Shown: positions 29,001 through 37,823, numbered from the stretch's first letter. The stretch is DNA of 50,663 bases from a virus (IMGVR_UViG_3300006169_000031:1-50663), one strand, 5' to 3'. The notes: a model not told the origin generated them from the sequence alone. Made by a program: numbers and translations.

Positions 29001-29783
29001 GCCGCCGAGCGCGAAAGCGGTCACCGCCGCGTTCACATATTCGCCGGCCGCGTCGGCATCGTTGAGCTTCAGCCCGGCCGCGTAGCGCTCGCCCACCTGC
29101 TGCGCCGCCTCGGTCACGGCCTCGGTCCCGGCCGCCTCGAGCATCGACATTGCGGTGCGCCGCAGGAAACCCCCGCTCTGGTGGGCGGCCAGATCGCCAA
29201 GCACCTTGCCCGCGCCGGGCAGGAAGCGCGCGATGGCGGCGTCCGAAGCCGACTGGAAGGGTGCCACGGCAAGGGCTCGAGCAGCCGCCGCGTTGGTGAG
29301 CGATCCCTGCTCCTGCACGGCTCGATCGACGTTCTGGGCCGAGAACTGCGGAGTGCCGCCGGCAACAGCGCCGATGACCGCGCCGGTGGCGCCGCCACGA
29401 GCGTAGCCGAGCGCGCCGCCGACAACCGACCCGGCCATGTAGGGCAGCGACGCAGCGAGGTTCTCGCCGATGAACCGGCCGAAACCCACGCGTCCCGAGG
29501 TCAGGTCCGAGACGCTGGCCGGCGCCGCCGCGTTGCCGACCGCGTCAGCTTCCGCGAGCCCCTGCTGATAGCGCTGCTCCGCCTCCGGCGTCAGCGTGCC
29601 GGTGAGCTTGGCGGCCTGATAGGGCAGGCCGTAGCGGAGCTGGCCGTAGGTGTTCTGCGCGGCGGCGCCAAGAACATCGAGGAAGCCGGGACGAGGAGCT
29701 TCCGCCGCGGCTCGAGCCTCGGCAGCGCGCGACAGGGAGGATACGACGTCGTCGGAGACCTCGACGTTACCGATGCGGGGCAC
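23043..29783 (-). CDS. Large (2246 aa) internal virion / DNA-ejection polyvalent protein with HExxH motif
   Basis: Size; Gly/Ala hydrophobic N-terminal segment; AAHEMIHAVT plus downstream DEILAWGL; helical C-terminal region. Confidence 0.75.
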   Translation of the reverse strand: MPRIGNVEVSDDVVSSLSRAAEARAAAEAPRPGFLDVLGAAAQNTYGQLRYGLPYQAAKLTGTLTPEAEQRYQQGLAEADAVGNAAAPASVSDLTSGRVGFGRFIGENLAASLPYMAGSVVGGALGYARGGATGAVIGAVAGGTPQFSAQNVDRAVQEQGSLTNAAAARALAVAPFQSASDAAIARFLPGAGKVLGDLAAHQSGGFLRRTAMSMLEAAGTEAVTEAAQQVGERYAAGLKLNDADAAGEYVNAAVTAFALGGVLGAGGGFRRHISDAKPADMVTVDDMNAKVDGILDGSLRALPSPQSFGREPGGPEVSASEPIVQGPGVQNAPPDFIVDAEGRAVPPGPEGERALAIDQNQPQVLQNTFIGNVTPEVQAALDQATPPVNVPLTGSTALSRGLQGTHLEPPEPFTPLSSEQVVPPMAVPGAPRVNPVTGAEIPFDTFLAEQKKGLRGGFVQQVQATDEMDLLGKVYNQVFVEQDSRANTAKFAQRLGLLDENLQPTELAQYVETARNAAAVEEQAPGTGTSTPAPLSPVTRETAGADDSAGTAVETPGSPRMTPQVTNDPTFEAQWNQIKQDAGIKRTRGGQGVLDRTPANIEQARAQIFRALANDTSNAEVSQVEKVARKMGLVTDDDAMDVTPLGRQAFLSTPEGLQETVLAAQQQGYTGARASIFDRGVQAQIAGEAVAPPTFSDFGDMAAYQAGQVWAQDFVENAETRTAAQTEAIRARQEGRTTGTAVPREQTRLELAPQQVQQQAMNRLIDAADLRGINDTDVATLRQMVRNGANPDEVGQALQRVQSGRTLFEQPATTQTEMAPARPARRAQPLFKEMNTQVASAKTVQRAETDTAVRAFEMRSLINFALAEKGITKARADRLHQLLDEGKVDQVASSMKNFLAEARTSGDVDPQFEQFVSGKDFMGALNHMVDHAPSAYHREIMSRVRELAQGLQKQGYDLQFKVIKPGDAVPAAMQDGLTRAFVTMRREPPGATVYLQSADMGDHAGMNYQIAAHEMIHAVTMGLLQHGNTPGVYGNTKLGRAVRDLYDLQHAIADHFIARREAGNLSPFERAFLHGDNNALDNVDEILAWGLTNPDMQRYLASIEYKPKQSVFSRLVELLRNVLGLDAKYDTALTELLRVSEQITGTGQGELRSMYQMNWPEGFKEAALVAPLNDAAVSAQNRTAEASNETTQRFAQAAETFVNNLNLRDKAAKTRRVMLGWLSHNQIDRQYGDQIPATIEHSDAHRERVAIRSRFEQMGEDAYQRFEQLERANPKTAERVGQLMATTTEFQIDPDKTWEQHTWLHDDANAANLKRLHGDAVKLANDLKRGDGAGWASYQDFRHLNEAQNFARMAVGLHGLVATDPELAMGIENSWANPADQFMRAEGLSSPSSIRDHWSQALDAQVAAATAFVRQKKGEAAAGSASDQRAMNQHLSPIEMQVDAIHEAKAAMAKAPYFHRGRFGDNFGSAVIRKGEDGNVDPAAQRKVAEALEAAGFTDAQISADSTKPRFMLRFDTVDQAMRFRQVALQLQRQGLLSDDEIKVGPRNRTDNYGTADGLPQFVASYISNLEASPMFAADESMSPDDRAALEKLKQDTINLARDTWIESQPDSSISKVLSKRYTVPGYNKDMIRNFAHRWRVGSINIANVASAPKFNRAFTNMRAQYNEALVANRKGPNGEQLSPADPFTVQDVMAELKLRDAKNPVNETADTFDKLRGYAHSYFLGFSPAYGLINMTQLGVVTLPELAKKYGYRNSFHAMRRASTQALAIVKAVSSEAGKLGWRHWGDVAITEDVLKKAGLDDKTRNFLQHMLATGTIDIGSMARSLGQVADNKGVGGATETYLKLSSAIGLYTETFSRLVTALSARELHGGYDKAAQDYATSTVSNSMFDYQNWNTARQLGKKGFLGPVTPLLTQFMSYQVQITEKLYSEALDAFQRARPGESEAQAKQRRTEARRFIGGHLAAVTALAGTLGLPFATVFATALERMVDALDDDDEPFDATSAYRNFLASVFGKDVAEVLARGAPRVAGFDISARAGEQNLLPFSEFLADRRSWKEAVANSAGRSLGAVPSMLQNVLDGGGQIADGDYLGGAKTMLPVAFKSPLEAYRMTNEGYIDTKGNKLPLSPTAASYLWQLLGFSPSAKAEYGEARSDQAARRGEITRRASSLRQQIVRALRTGDNAGARDLIAEAMKFDQDNPGFAVIPSISASFERQSRNAAQSRALTTPTGVSLKDVAGQQMTSYANF

Positions 29784-29786
29784 CGT

Positions 29787-30698
29787 CTACTCCTCCGCTC
29801 CCGCTCCGGCCTGCGCCATGAGCGCAGCCAGCGCCTGCTTGGAGGGGTCCACACCCAGCGTCTCGAGGAGGTTGCGCCGATAGTTCTCGGTCGCCTGCAG
29901 GACCGCCTGATCCTTGGCGTCTCCGGTGAGCTTGCCCGCCTGCTCGAGTTCGGCCTGGTAGAGCGTGTCGGCGATGCCCGACGCCGCGCCGAACACCTTG
30001 TCGCGGTTGGTCTGCTTGGTCGACACCGCTGCCACCCCGGGCAGGGCTCCGGTGGCCGCCTGGAACTCCTGCAGCGTGTGCGGACGAGAGAGGATCGAGT
30101 TGATCGCGCTCAGGGCGCGGTCCTGTGCCGTGACCGGCGCAGCAGCAGGCGTGGACGTCAGCGCCTCGTTCACCGCCGCGGTGGTGGTCGCCGGAGCCGG
30201 CTTGGCAGCAGCCGCGGGCGTGTCTTCCTGCCGGCCGGCAGCGGACAGACCGAGCAGCCCGAGGATGCCGGCGCCCTTGGCGAGTGCCATGCGCGAGACC
30301 GGCGCAGCAGCCGGGACAAGACCCGGGCCGGCAGTGCCGGTAAGGTAGCGGAGAGCCGTGGCCGGGCCGGCGGTGCTGGCCAGCTCCACAGCAGCCGGAG
30401 CGGCGCGCACGGCGTTGATGCCCCCGCGAGCGAGGTTGAGCACGCCCTTGCCGCCGTAGACCATGCCTCCGACGTTGGCCACGTCTCCGGCAAGGCCAGC
30501 GCGGACACGCTGCTCACGCTCGTAGTCGGCGACCTGCTGGTCCGACGCGCCGGTCATCCACTGCGCGAACCGATTGGCCCCTCCGAAGCTCAGGGCGTTG
30601 CCGGCGATCGACGCGATGTCCTTCGCCGCGATGCCGAGCTTGGCCAGCGGGCTCTTGGCGTCGTATTCGGCCATGATCTGCGCGTTGGTCTTGGCCAT
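29787..30698 (-). CDS. Putative internal virion/ejection protein
   Basis: TGATG-coupled start at 30698; Ala/Gly-rich with hydrophobic stretch; precedes the giant gene. Confidence 0.65.
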   Translation of the reverse strand: MAKTNAQIMAEYDAKSPLAKLGIAAKDIASIAGNALSFGGANRFAQWMTGASDQQVADYEREQRVRAGLAGDVANVGGMVYGGKGVLNLARGGINAVRAAPAAVELASTAGPATALRYLTGTAGPGLVPAAAPVSRMALAKGAGILGLLGLSAAGRQEDTPAAAAKPAPATTTAAVNEALTSTPAAAPVTAQDRALSAINSILSRPHTLQEFQAATGALPGVAAVSTKQTNRDKVFGAASGIADTLYQAELEQAGKLTGDAKDQAVLQATENYRRNLLETLGVDPSKQALAALMAQAGAGAEE

Positions 30699-31486
30699 CA
30701 GTTGTTGCTCCAACTAAACCCGCCGCGCCCGAAGCCCCACTGCATCGGTGCGAACAGCTTGCGCATCGCCGTTGCCTTGGCCTCCTGCACATGGCTCTCG
30801 AAGGTCTGGGCGAACTCGGCGGCACGCTTCGGCGCCCCGGCGTCGTCGTCGACAATCCGTAGCGCGAGATAGGCGGCCCAGTCCAGCATTTCGATGTGGT
30901 GATCCTCCGGGATTTCCGGCGAGGGCTGATCCTCGGGGTCCAGATCGAGATCGTCAGCCGTGAAGACCACCAGCGGCTTGCGCACGACACGCAGCTTGAT
31001 CGTCTTGCCGGCGACCGCGGCCGAGGGCTTCGGATAGACCCTCAGGGTGACCACGGACAGGCTGGTGCCGTCGCCGTAGCTCAACTCCTCGTCAGTCGAG
31101 AAAGCAAGCGACGCGCCGTCAGGCAGGCTGGTGAAGTAGTTCGGGTCCATCCACGTGTCGGACGGCGCGCGGTAGGCGTTGAGCAGGCTGTGGCCCACGC
31201 GGTTGAGGTCGGCCTGCTGGTCGCTCATCTTGGCCGAGATCACGGCCAGGACGGACGGGTGCAGCTCGTAGGTGTCGACGCCTTCCAGCAGCTCGACCTC
31301 GGTCACGGCCGGCGTGGACCCGTCACGCAGAACGAGGCCCCGCACCGCGAACCGGCGCTGGGCCTCGTTGATGTAGGTCACGAGGGTGCTGTCTTCCCAG
31401 AGGTAGTCGGACGTCCCGGAGACCCGGTCGGTTCGATCGTTGAGGATGGACCCTCGCAGAAGCTGTAGCAGTTCTCCGAGGATCAT
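30698..31486 (-). CDS. Putative head-tail adaptor protein
   Basis: L.D.......W....L..YINEAQ N-terminus and PEIPE.HH...LDWAAY.AL...D C-terminus. Confidence 0.7.
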   Translation of the reverse strand: MILGELLQLLRGSILNDRTDRVSGTSDYLWEDSTLVTYINEAQRRFAVRGLVLRDGSTPAVTEVELLEGVDTYELHPSVLAVISAKMSDQQADLNRVGHSLLNAYRAPSDTWMDPNYFTSLPDGASLAFSTDEELSYGDGTSLSVVTLRVYPKPSAAVAGKTIKLRVVRKPLVVFTADDLDLDPEDQPSPEIPEDHHIEMLDWAAYLALRIVDDDAGAPKRAAEFAQTFESHVQEAKATAMRKLFAPMQWGFGRGGFSWSNN

Positions 31487-31506
31487 CCCCTGTTACCCCC
31501 GCGCGA

Positions 31507-32232
31507 TTACACCTTGCGGTAAGGGTAACGCATCCGGTTGCGGTAGCCAAGGACCTTCTGGGTCTTGCTGTCCACGACAGGCGAGGACATCACCGCGTCG
31601 TTGAGCACGCCGAGCAGGAAGTTCGGCACGTCGACTTCCTCGCCGGGGACGATGACATAGCCACGTCCGTTGTGGCCCAGGAACAAGCCGGTCGGCGGGA
31701 TGGTCTCGTTCTCCTCGAGGACGATCCGGGTCGTCTCGATGCCGAGGCGCTTCAGCTCGGCCTTGGCCTTGTCGTCGAGCACGCCGTCGAACTTGCGGGG
31801 CACGCCGGCCGGGACCTTGCTCGCGGGCGGGGGCGGAACGGCGCCGCCGTCGGTCTTGACGGTCTTGACCTGCAGCTCCTGCTCGGCAGCGTTGGCGCGC
31901 GTGTCGCTCTCGAGACGCGCGGCCTGCTCCTCGGCGAGGGCGCCCTGCGTTTCGGCGAGCTGCGCCTTGAGCTTGGCCAGCTTGTCGGCGTCGGCGCTCT
32001 GCTGGTTGGCGAGCGCGGTGTCGAGCGGCGGCTGGCCCTGCATCGCGCCTTGGTCGGTGGCACCCTGGTCGGTGCCGCTCTTGAGGCTGTTGGCCAGCTC
32101 CTGAGCGCGCGCGTCGGCGGTTTCCTTGCCTTGGGCCTTCTCGGGCTCCGAGAGGCTGCTGTGACTGATCTCATACCAGCCGCCCCCGGTGGGGGTGACC
32201 GTTACGCCGTCGATCTGATAGGCGTCGCTCAT
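31507..32232 (-). CDS. Conserved hypothetical protein of the head module
   Basis: LFLGHNGRGYVIVPGEEVDVP...VLNDA...RYPY C-terminal domain. Confidence 0.7.
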   Translation of the reverse strand: MSDAYQIDGVTVTPTGGGWYEISHSSLSEPEKAQGKETADARAQELANSLKSGTDQGATDQGAMQGQPPLDTALANQQSADADKLAKLKAQLAETQGALAEEQAARLESDTRANAAEQELQVKTVKTDGGAVPPPPASKVPAGVPRKFDGVLDDKAKAELKRLGIETTRIVLEENETIPPTGLFLGHNGRGYVIVPGEEVDVPNFLLGVLNDAVMSSPVVDSKTQKVLGYRNRMRYPYRKV

Positions 32233-32489
32233 GCCTTCATGGCCTCCTTAGCCAGCTTGTCGAAAGCCGACGAGTATTCGTCAGCGGGGAGAGCAATATC
32301 CATGGCCTTCGTGAGGAAGGCAAGCACTTGCTCCTTGGTGTCGAATTGGAACTCGACGCTCGGGTCCTTCCACTCGGAGGGACCGTCGTCGTTGCGGCGC
32401 TTGTTGTTCGCCTCGACGATTGCGGGATCGGTGGCGTTGACGGAGAAGCCGTTGCGCTCGCGCTCGATGCGGATGCAGTTGTATCCCAT
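32229..32489 (-). CDS. Hypothetical protein
   Basis: ATG 32489 (MGYNCIRIER) downstream of GAGGGGAG; ATGA overlap with the next gene. Confidence 0.65.
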   Translation of the reverse strand: MGYNCIRIERERNGFSVNATDPAIVEANNKRRNDDGPSEWKDPSVEFQFDTKEQVLAFLTKAMDIALPADEYSSAFDKLAKEAMKA

Positions 32490-32523
32490 GGAACAGACCG
32501 GCTCCCCTCTGTAGCCCACCGGC

Positions 32524-32754
32524 TTACTCGCCGGAGAGGCGAGCGATCAGGTCGTTGAAGTTGGCCTTCAGCTCGTTCGCCAGCGCCCACACGGTCGCGT
32601 CGTCGGTGGCGTCGGCGGCGGTCACCTCGAGGTCCGAGAAGTCGGCGCCAGGGGCACCCGGAGCCGCATACAGCTCTTTGAACATCTCGTCGATCTTGGC
32701 GATCTGCTGGCCGGCGTCAGCGTTGAGGGTCTTGTCCAGCTTGCGGCGTGCCAT
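32524..32754 (-). CDS. Small putative head-decoration/fibre protein
   Basis: AGGGG RBS; LANELKANFNDLIARL C-terminal motif. Confidence 0.6.
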   Translation of the reverse strand: MARRKLDKTLNADAGQQIAKIDEMFKELYAAPGAPGADFSDLEVTAADATDDATVWALANELKANFNDLIARLSGE

Positions 32755-32784
32755 GTTCGTGTTCCCCTGTTGCGTCTAGGAAGT

Positions 32785-32808
32785 GGGCGGAGCCTCTCAG
32801 CTCCGCCC
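32785..32808 (-). terminator. Intergenic hairpin (terminator-like)
   Basis: GGGCGGAGC-ctctca-GCTCCGCCC, followed by ACTT on the minus strand. Confidence 0.55.
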
Positions 32809-32826
32809 GGCCCCCGCACCCCCGGC

Positions 32827-33156
32827 TCAGCCGAAAGCGATGTAGTGGATGACCTTGGCGTTGCCCGCCGCGGCGGCCGACAGCGCGAAGCCGCGGAAGT
32901 CGCCGTCCGGGCCGCCGTGCGCCACGATCGCCGACGTGGTGTCGTCGGTGATGGTGCCGGCTGCGACCGTCTTGAGCGTGTGGGTCGCGGCCATGTCGTA
33001 GGTCCACTCCCACACGATCTTGTCGGTGAGGTTGATGACCTTGACGTAGCGCGGCTTGAAGCCGGTGTTGACGTTCACCGCGGTGTTGTCGCTGGTGAAC
33101 GAGCCGACAGCGAGGTTCGAGACGCCGCCGTCCTGGGTAGTTGCGATGTCGTCCAT
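32827..33156 (-). CDS. Putative capsid-associated structural protein
   Basis: AAGGA RBS; GFKPRYVKVINLT; directly downstream of the major capsid gene. Confidence 0.7.
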   Translation of the reverse strand: MDDIATTQDGGVSNLAVGSFTSDNTAVNVNTGFKPRYVKVINLTDKIVWEWTYDMAATHTLKTVAAGTITDDTTSAIVAHGGPDGDFRGFALSAAAAGNAKVIHYIAFG

Positions 33157-33189
33157 CTTCCGAATTCCTTGTTCAAGAGCAAGCCGAAG

Positions 33190-33211
33190 TGGGGGAGCCG
33201 AAGCTCCCCCA
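33190..33211 (-). terminator. Hairpin after the major capsid gene (UUCG loop)
   Basis: Minus strand TGGGGGAGC-TTCG-GCTCCCCCA then CTTCGGCTT. Confidence 0.7.
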
Positions 33212-33220
33212 GCGCGACGA

Positions 33221-34255
33221 TTACTCGGTGGCGCCGACCTCGAGGCGGACCATGAAGGCCTCCTGCAGGATGACCGTGGCGGTCCACAGCTTCCAGCCGA
33301 CCGTGCCGCGCTGCGCGAGCGGGTCGCCCGGCGCCGGCTTCGGGTTGACGACCATCGGCGTCATCGAGGACTTGCCCTTCAGCGGCACGATCCCGAAGGC
33401 GTCGCGCGCGAAGTAGAGGACCGGGTAGACGTCGATGTTGACGCCGCCGGTGGAGCGGAGCCCGCTCGAGCCGACAGCGGCACCCGCGTTGATGAACGGC
33501 TTCGCCACCGTGGTCGCGATGTAGCGGACCTGCTCGACCGAGCCGATCTCGCCTTCCCACGGCGTGGTGTGCGGGCCGTAGTCCGACACCGGCTTGAAGC
33601 CCGTCATCTCGCGGATGTCGGTCTCGAGGTCCGGGTGGACCACCGCGACGTAGGCCGCTTCGACCGACTTCGTGTTGAAGTCGGCGCTCGAGGCCACGAT
33701 GTTGGTGATCTTTTTCGCGTTCTGGCGGTTGAGCGCCGTGGTGACGCGCCGCTGGTCCTCGAGGGAGATCGCGGTGATCACGTCGCTGCGGCCGGCGACC
33801 TGATTGGCGTAGAACACGTTGGTGCCCGCCTTCAGGACGTTGTAGCGCAGGGTCTCGACGGTCTCGGCCGCGTTCTCACCGAGGATGTCGGTCGCTTCCG
33901 CCAGGATGTTGTCCGGGTGGGTGTCGTTCACGACGTCGGTGATAGTGATGTAGTCACCATACTGCTGCAGGGTGACCGTGTAGTCCTGGTTGGACAGGCT
34001 GCGGCCTTCGGGCGTGACACCCTCGACCAGCGGCGTGGTCGCCAGCGGCGTGTAGAAGTCGCCGGTTCCGTTGCCCGCGGCGCCGGTGGCGCCCGAGAGG
34101 AAGTAGCGGCGGAACTTCGCGGTCTGCGTCGAGTTCGTCGGCAGCGGGTAGGTCTGCCCGAACTTCTCGAACACGAGCAGCGGCAGAGCGCGCTTCAGCA
34201 TGCGCACGACGGCCCAGGCCGCTACTGCCGGAGAGATGTCGCCATAAGTGATCAT
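33221..34255 (-). CDS. Major capsid protein, N4-gp56 family
   Basis: YGDISP, PLVEGVTP, LQQYGD, GEIGSVEQVRY, DPLAQRGTVGWK. Confidence 0.93.
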   Translation of the reverse strand: MITYGDISPAVAAWAVVRMLKRALPLLVFEKFGQTYPLPTNSTQTAKFRRYFLSGATGAAGNGTGDFYTPLATTPLVEGVTPEGRSLSNQDYTVTLQQYGDYITITDVVNDTHPDNILAEATDILGENAAETVETLRYNVLKAGTNVFYANQVAGRSDVITAISLEDQRRVTTALNRQNAKKITNIVASSADFNTKSVEAAYVAVVHPDLETDIREMTGFKPVSDYGPHTTPWEGEIGSVEQVRYIATTVAKPFINAGAAVGSSGLRSTGGVNIDVYPVLYFARDAFGIVPLKGKSSMTPMVVNPKPAPGDPLAQRGTVGWKLWTATVILQEAFMVRLEVGATE

Positions 34256-34289
34256 TGTCTTCGCCCCCTAGCGTGGTTGGCCCTAAAAA

Positions 34290-35420
34290 TCAGCCACCGG
34301 CCGTAGCGTATTTCGCAAATGCGGTGTCGAAGTCCTGGGTGTCCTCACCCTGCGGAACCGCACTACGATCGCCACTGACTGGGGCTAGGCTCTCGGCCGC
34401 TTGCTTGGCCGCGCTAGACAGCTCAGTTTTGACAGGGGCCGCCGCCGGTGCCGGAGTTCCCGCCGCGGGCGCCTGGGCGGCCGGAGCCGCGGGTGCCGAT
34501 GCTGCGGGGGCCGTTCCGGTGGCCGCCCTGTAACGCCCGATGAGGTCAGCAACCTCGTCCGATGTCCCGGTCTGCATAACCTGCTTGAACGCAGCTTGCA
34601 AGTAGGCAGGCTGAGTATCCACCCACGCAGCGACACTGCTCTCCAAATCCTCCGAATATTCGGGGACCTTGGATACCAGCTCCTGCGTGTGGAGGGTGTT
34701 GCCGACGGTCTTCATCTGCTCGAACAGCGGCGCAACGTAGTTGGCCACCTCGGTGAATACGAACTTGAAGACATCGGCGTATTCGGCCCGGCGCTTGAGC
34801 GCCTCGGCGGCCGACACGTCGGGCCAGTTCTTCTCGTATTCGGTGAGCGTGGCCTGCTCCGCCTCGGTGAACATCGGCGGCTGCTGGGGCTGCTCTCCAC
34901 CACCGGCGGCCGGAGCAGCCGGCGCTTCGCCCGGCTTGACCAGCTTCGCCAGATTTTCGAGGATTTGCTCGGGCGTCAGGCCTGCAGGCTGCTCTCCCGC
35001 TGGCGGCGTTGCCGCCGGAGCTTCAGCAGCCTTGCCACCCTTGCCAGCGTCGGCCGGCGCCGCGCCGCCATCCGCTTCACCGCCAGCATCTCCTGCAGGG
35101 GCGGCAGCGCCCGGCTGGGCAGCTTCGCCCTCGCCTGCAGGCTTCTCACCACCCTCAGCAGGAGCCGCCGCTTCGCCTCCCTCTCCGGGCGCTGCCGGAG
35201 GAGCTTCCGCGCCACCTTCAGCGGGTGCGGCAGGCTCGGCGGCGTTTTCTGCGAAGGCAGCATCGAAAGCATCCTGTGCGGTAGGTTCCGGCGTCGGCGT
35301 GGGCGTCGGAGCGGGGGCTGGGTGTCCTTCTCCGTCGCGGATGAAGCGGCCGAGGCGCTGCTCGCTGGCGGTCATCCCGCCGAACGCGCCGCTGGCGAGA
35401 AGGGTGCTCTTGAGGTTCAT
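34290..35420 (-). CDS. Putative capsid scaffolding protein
   Basis: Lies between portal and capsid genes; acidic and Pro/Ala-rich; DF..AF motifs at both ends. Confidence 0.7.
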   Translation of the reverse strand: MNLKSTLLASGAFGGMTASEQRLGRFIRDGEGHPAPAPTPTPTPEPTAQDAFDAAFAENAAEPAAPAEGGAEAPPAAPGEGGEAAAPAEGGEKPAGEGEAAQPGAAAPAGDAGGEADGGAAPADAGKGGKAAEAPAATPPAGEQPAGLTPEQILENLAKLVKPGEAPAAPAAGGGEQPQQPPMFTEAEQATLTEYEKNWPDVSAAEALKRRAEYADVFKFVFTEVANYVAPLFEQMKTVGNTLHTQELVSKVPEYSEDLESSVAAWVDTQPAYLQAAFKQVMQTGTSDEVADLIGRYRAATGTAPAASAPAAPAAQAPAAGTPAPAAAPVKTELSSAAKQAAESLAPVSGDRSAVPQGEDTQDFDTAFAKYATAGG

Positions 35421-35668
35421 GCAGGGGCTCCTGGCGTGATATTCGGAGGCGCGGTGGTCAGGTCCCGGTGCAGCTTCTGCAGGTGCCGAGCCGCGCCTTG
35501 CAAACGATGTATATCGTTCCCCTCTGCGCTGACAAGGCTTTCCTTCACGTCTTCGTGGGATAGTCGCACCAGTTCGACAACTGCGCTGGCTATCGGATCG
35601 TGGAGCTTGGCAGCGTCCCTGATCCGACCCACCAGCTCATCCACCTTGGCCTTGCTGTTCGTTGCCAC
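35417..35668 (-). CDS. Small head-assembly protein
   Basis: AGGAG RBS; LVSA....IHRLQGAAR.L..L motif typical of the gene after a podoviral portal. Confidence 0.7.
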   Translation of the reverse strand: MATNSKAKVDELVGRIRDAAKLHDPIASAVVELVRLSHEDVKESLVSAEGNDIHRLQGAARHLQKLHRDLTTAPPNITPGAPA

Positions 35669-37823
35669 TGGGCTCTCCTGCGGTGATCATGTCGGTTGCC
35701 GCCTTGACCTGCGTCGCGTCGGCGTTGGCCGTGTTCTTCTGGCCCTGCGAGACGTTCTTGAACGCGTTCGAGGCGACTTCCCTGATCTGCGCCTCGGTCA
35801 TGCGGTTCGCCTGCTCGGCCTGCCGTGCGGCTTCCTCGGCGCGACCGGCCTTGCGGCGATCGGCCTCGTCCTCGCTGACGAGCATGCTCTGCAGGTCGCG
35901 CGAAGCGAACTTGGCCTCGACGAACTTGCGCTCGTTGACGTGGTCCCGCTCGTCGGGCGTGAGGGTCTGGCTGAGCATGTCGATCTGCGCGCCCCGGACT
36001 TCCTTGGCGATGAGGCTGGTGGCCCCACGCGGGATCACGTCGTAGTCGCCCTCGGGCGCCTCGTCCGGGTTGAATTTCTTGTTGAACTGGACCAGCGACC
36101 AGATCACCGACTGGGTGAAGCTGTCGTAGTTGCGGACGATGTCCTTGAAGGGCAGCGCCGCGTCGCCCCGCAGCATGCTCGCGCCTGCTGCCGTGCGCAT
36201 CGGCTCCGAGGGCATCTTCTGGAAGTCGCCGCCGGTCGCCGGGCCGATGAAGGTCTCCATGTCGGCGAACTCGAGGAACATCTTCACGAGCCCCTGCAGC
36301 TCGCCCAGGTGCCCGTCGATCTCGATGCGCCGCACCGCGGGGAATTGCGCGCTCGGGCCGTCGTCGTCCCGATACCAGATTTTGTAGGGCTGGACCGAGG
36401 TCAGGTCCTGATCCGCCCGGCACAGCCGGGTGTTGACCTCGAGGTTCGGCCCGCAGGTCACCGAGGCGTTGTCGAGCGTCATGCGCGTAGCCGCGGCGAT
36501 CGAGAGCTGGCTGTCGCGCACGATGCCGGGCAGGCCCTGCCCGATCGGCGAAGTGTCGTCCTCGTCGAAGTTGAACACGTGCGCCTGCCGAACGTCCACG
36601 CCCAGCTTGCGCCAGGGGTTGATCTCGGCCTTGATCACGTAGTTGTCGACGATCCACAGCTCGGCGTCCACGTCGTCGGCGCGCATGTTCTCGGGCACGT
36701 CGGCACCGGCCTCCATCAGCGTATTCGCGCTGACCGGGCCGGTCCAGATGATGATCTCGTATTTCTCGCGGCCGGTCGACGCGGTCGTGGTGCTATCGGC
36801 CTGGATCGAGAGCCCCATCGTGCGCAGCTCGGTCTCCCAGGACTTCTGCCGGTAGTTGCCGCCGGGGAACTGGGTCAGGACCTGCTTGATCGGCCGCTCG
36901 AAGAAATCGGCCCGGTTGGCGAGCTTGCGCAGCGCCGCGCGGCCGAGCACCTTGCGCTTGAAGTAGCCCTCTCCGGGCGCCTTGCGCGCGCTCATGTCGG
37001 GGTAGAAGTCCCACACCGGCAGGTGTTCATACATCGGCTTGTAGATGTCGCGCGTGACCGGCTTGAAGCCCCCCGGGCTGACCGAACCGTCAGGTGCCTG
37101 CTGCGCCTGCGCCTGCAGCATCCAGCCGGAGGTCTGGACCTTGCGGACATACGGACCCTCGAGCACGCCGATGCCATACTTGATCCCGCTGTCGATCACC
37201 GCGCGGTTGAGCGCGATCCAGTCGAGCGTCTGATCTCCACCCAGCTCGGTGAGCTGGTCCTTGATCAGGTTGGTGAGCTGCCCGGCCTGCTTCTCGGCCA
37301 GGGCACGCACCGCCTCGTCGACCAGCTCCTGCGTAAGCGCTACCTGCTGGCCGCCGCCCTGCAGCTTGGTCATCAGCTCCGAGACGGCGTCGGCGACCGC
37401 CTCGGGGGACATCTCCGGCGAGGGCGACGCGTTCAGCTCCCAGTTGTCCTCGTTGCCCGGGAACATCAGGTTCATTAGGCGCGAGAGCATCGCGATGCAC
37501 TTGATCCGCGTCAGCCGCGGGTAGGCGCGCGAGCGGTTCGGCGGCAGCATGCGCTCGATCTCGGGGTCGTAGACACCCAGATACTGCCGCAGGTTCTTGA
37601 GCCACTTCTGCTCGGCGGGGATGCGCTCGCTCGCGTAGCGGTCGAACAGGGCCTTGTATTTGGCCCCGAGCTGGCGGAGCACGCCGTCGTTGAGCTTGCG
37701 CACCGGCGCATCGCCCTCGACAGTCACCGACACCGCGGTGTTGGCGTCTTCGGGCAGCACCTGCCCGATCGCCGGCAGGCTGGCGTTGGCCGTGTTCCCT
37801 AGCTGATTTGCCCGAGCCGCCAT
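35637..37823 (-). CDS. Portal protein
   Basis: 728 aa directly after terminase; W..NLRQY.G.Y, WDFYPD, G.GLP..VRDSQ, RTAAGASML, Gln/Ala helical C-terminus. Confidence 0.9.
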   Translation of the reverse strand: MAARANQLGNTANASLPAIGQVLPEDANTAVSVTVEGDAPVRKLNDGVLRQLGAKYKALFDRYASERIPAEQKWLKNLRQYLGVYDPEIERMLPPNRSRAYPRLTRIKCIAMLSRLMNLMFPGNEDNWELNASPSPEMSPEAVADAVSELMTKLQGGGQQVALTQELVDEAVRALAEKQAGQLTNLIKDQLTELGGDQTLDWIALNRAVIDSGIKYGIGVLEGPYVRKVQTSGWMLQAQAQQAPDGSVSPGGFKPVTRDIYKPMYEHLPVWDFYPDMSARKAPGEGYFKRKVLGRAALRKLANRADFFERPIKQVLTQFPGGNYRQKSWETELRTMGLSIQADSTTTASTGREKYEIIIWTGPVSANTLMEAGADVPENMRADDVDAELWIVDNYVIKAEINPWRKLGVDVRQAHVFNFDEDDTSPIGQGLPGIVRDSQLSIAAATRMTLDNASVTCGPNLEVNTRLCRADQDLTSVQPYKIWYRDDDGPSAQFPAVRRIEIDGHLGELQGLVKMFLEFADMETFIGPATGGDFQKMPSEPMRTAAGASMLRGDAALPFKDIVRNYDSFTQSVIWSLVQFNKKFNPDEAPEGDYDVIPRGATSLIAKEVRGAQIDMLSQTLTPDERDHVNERKFVEAKFASRDLQSMLVSEDEADRRKAGRAEEAARQAEQANRMTEAQIREVASNAFKNVSQGQKNTANADATQVKAATDMITAGEPSGNEQQGQGG

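Noticed and set aside
34401-37478. Very long opposite-strand ORFs (1025 aa here; also 28257-30872, 22908-25109, 8399-10480)
   Set aside because: Antisense shadows of real genes caused by high GC3; no motifs or RBS
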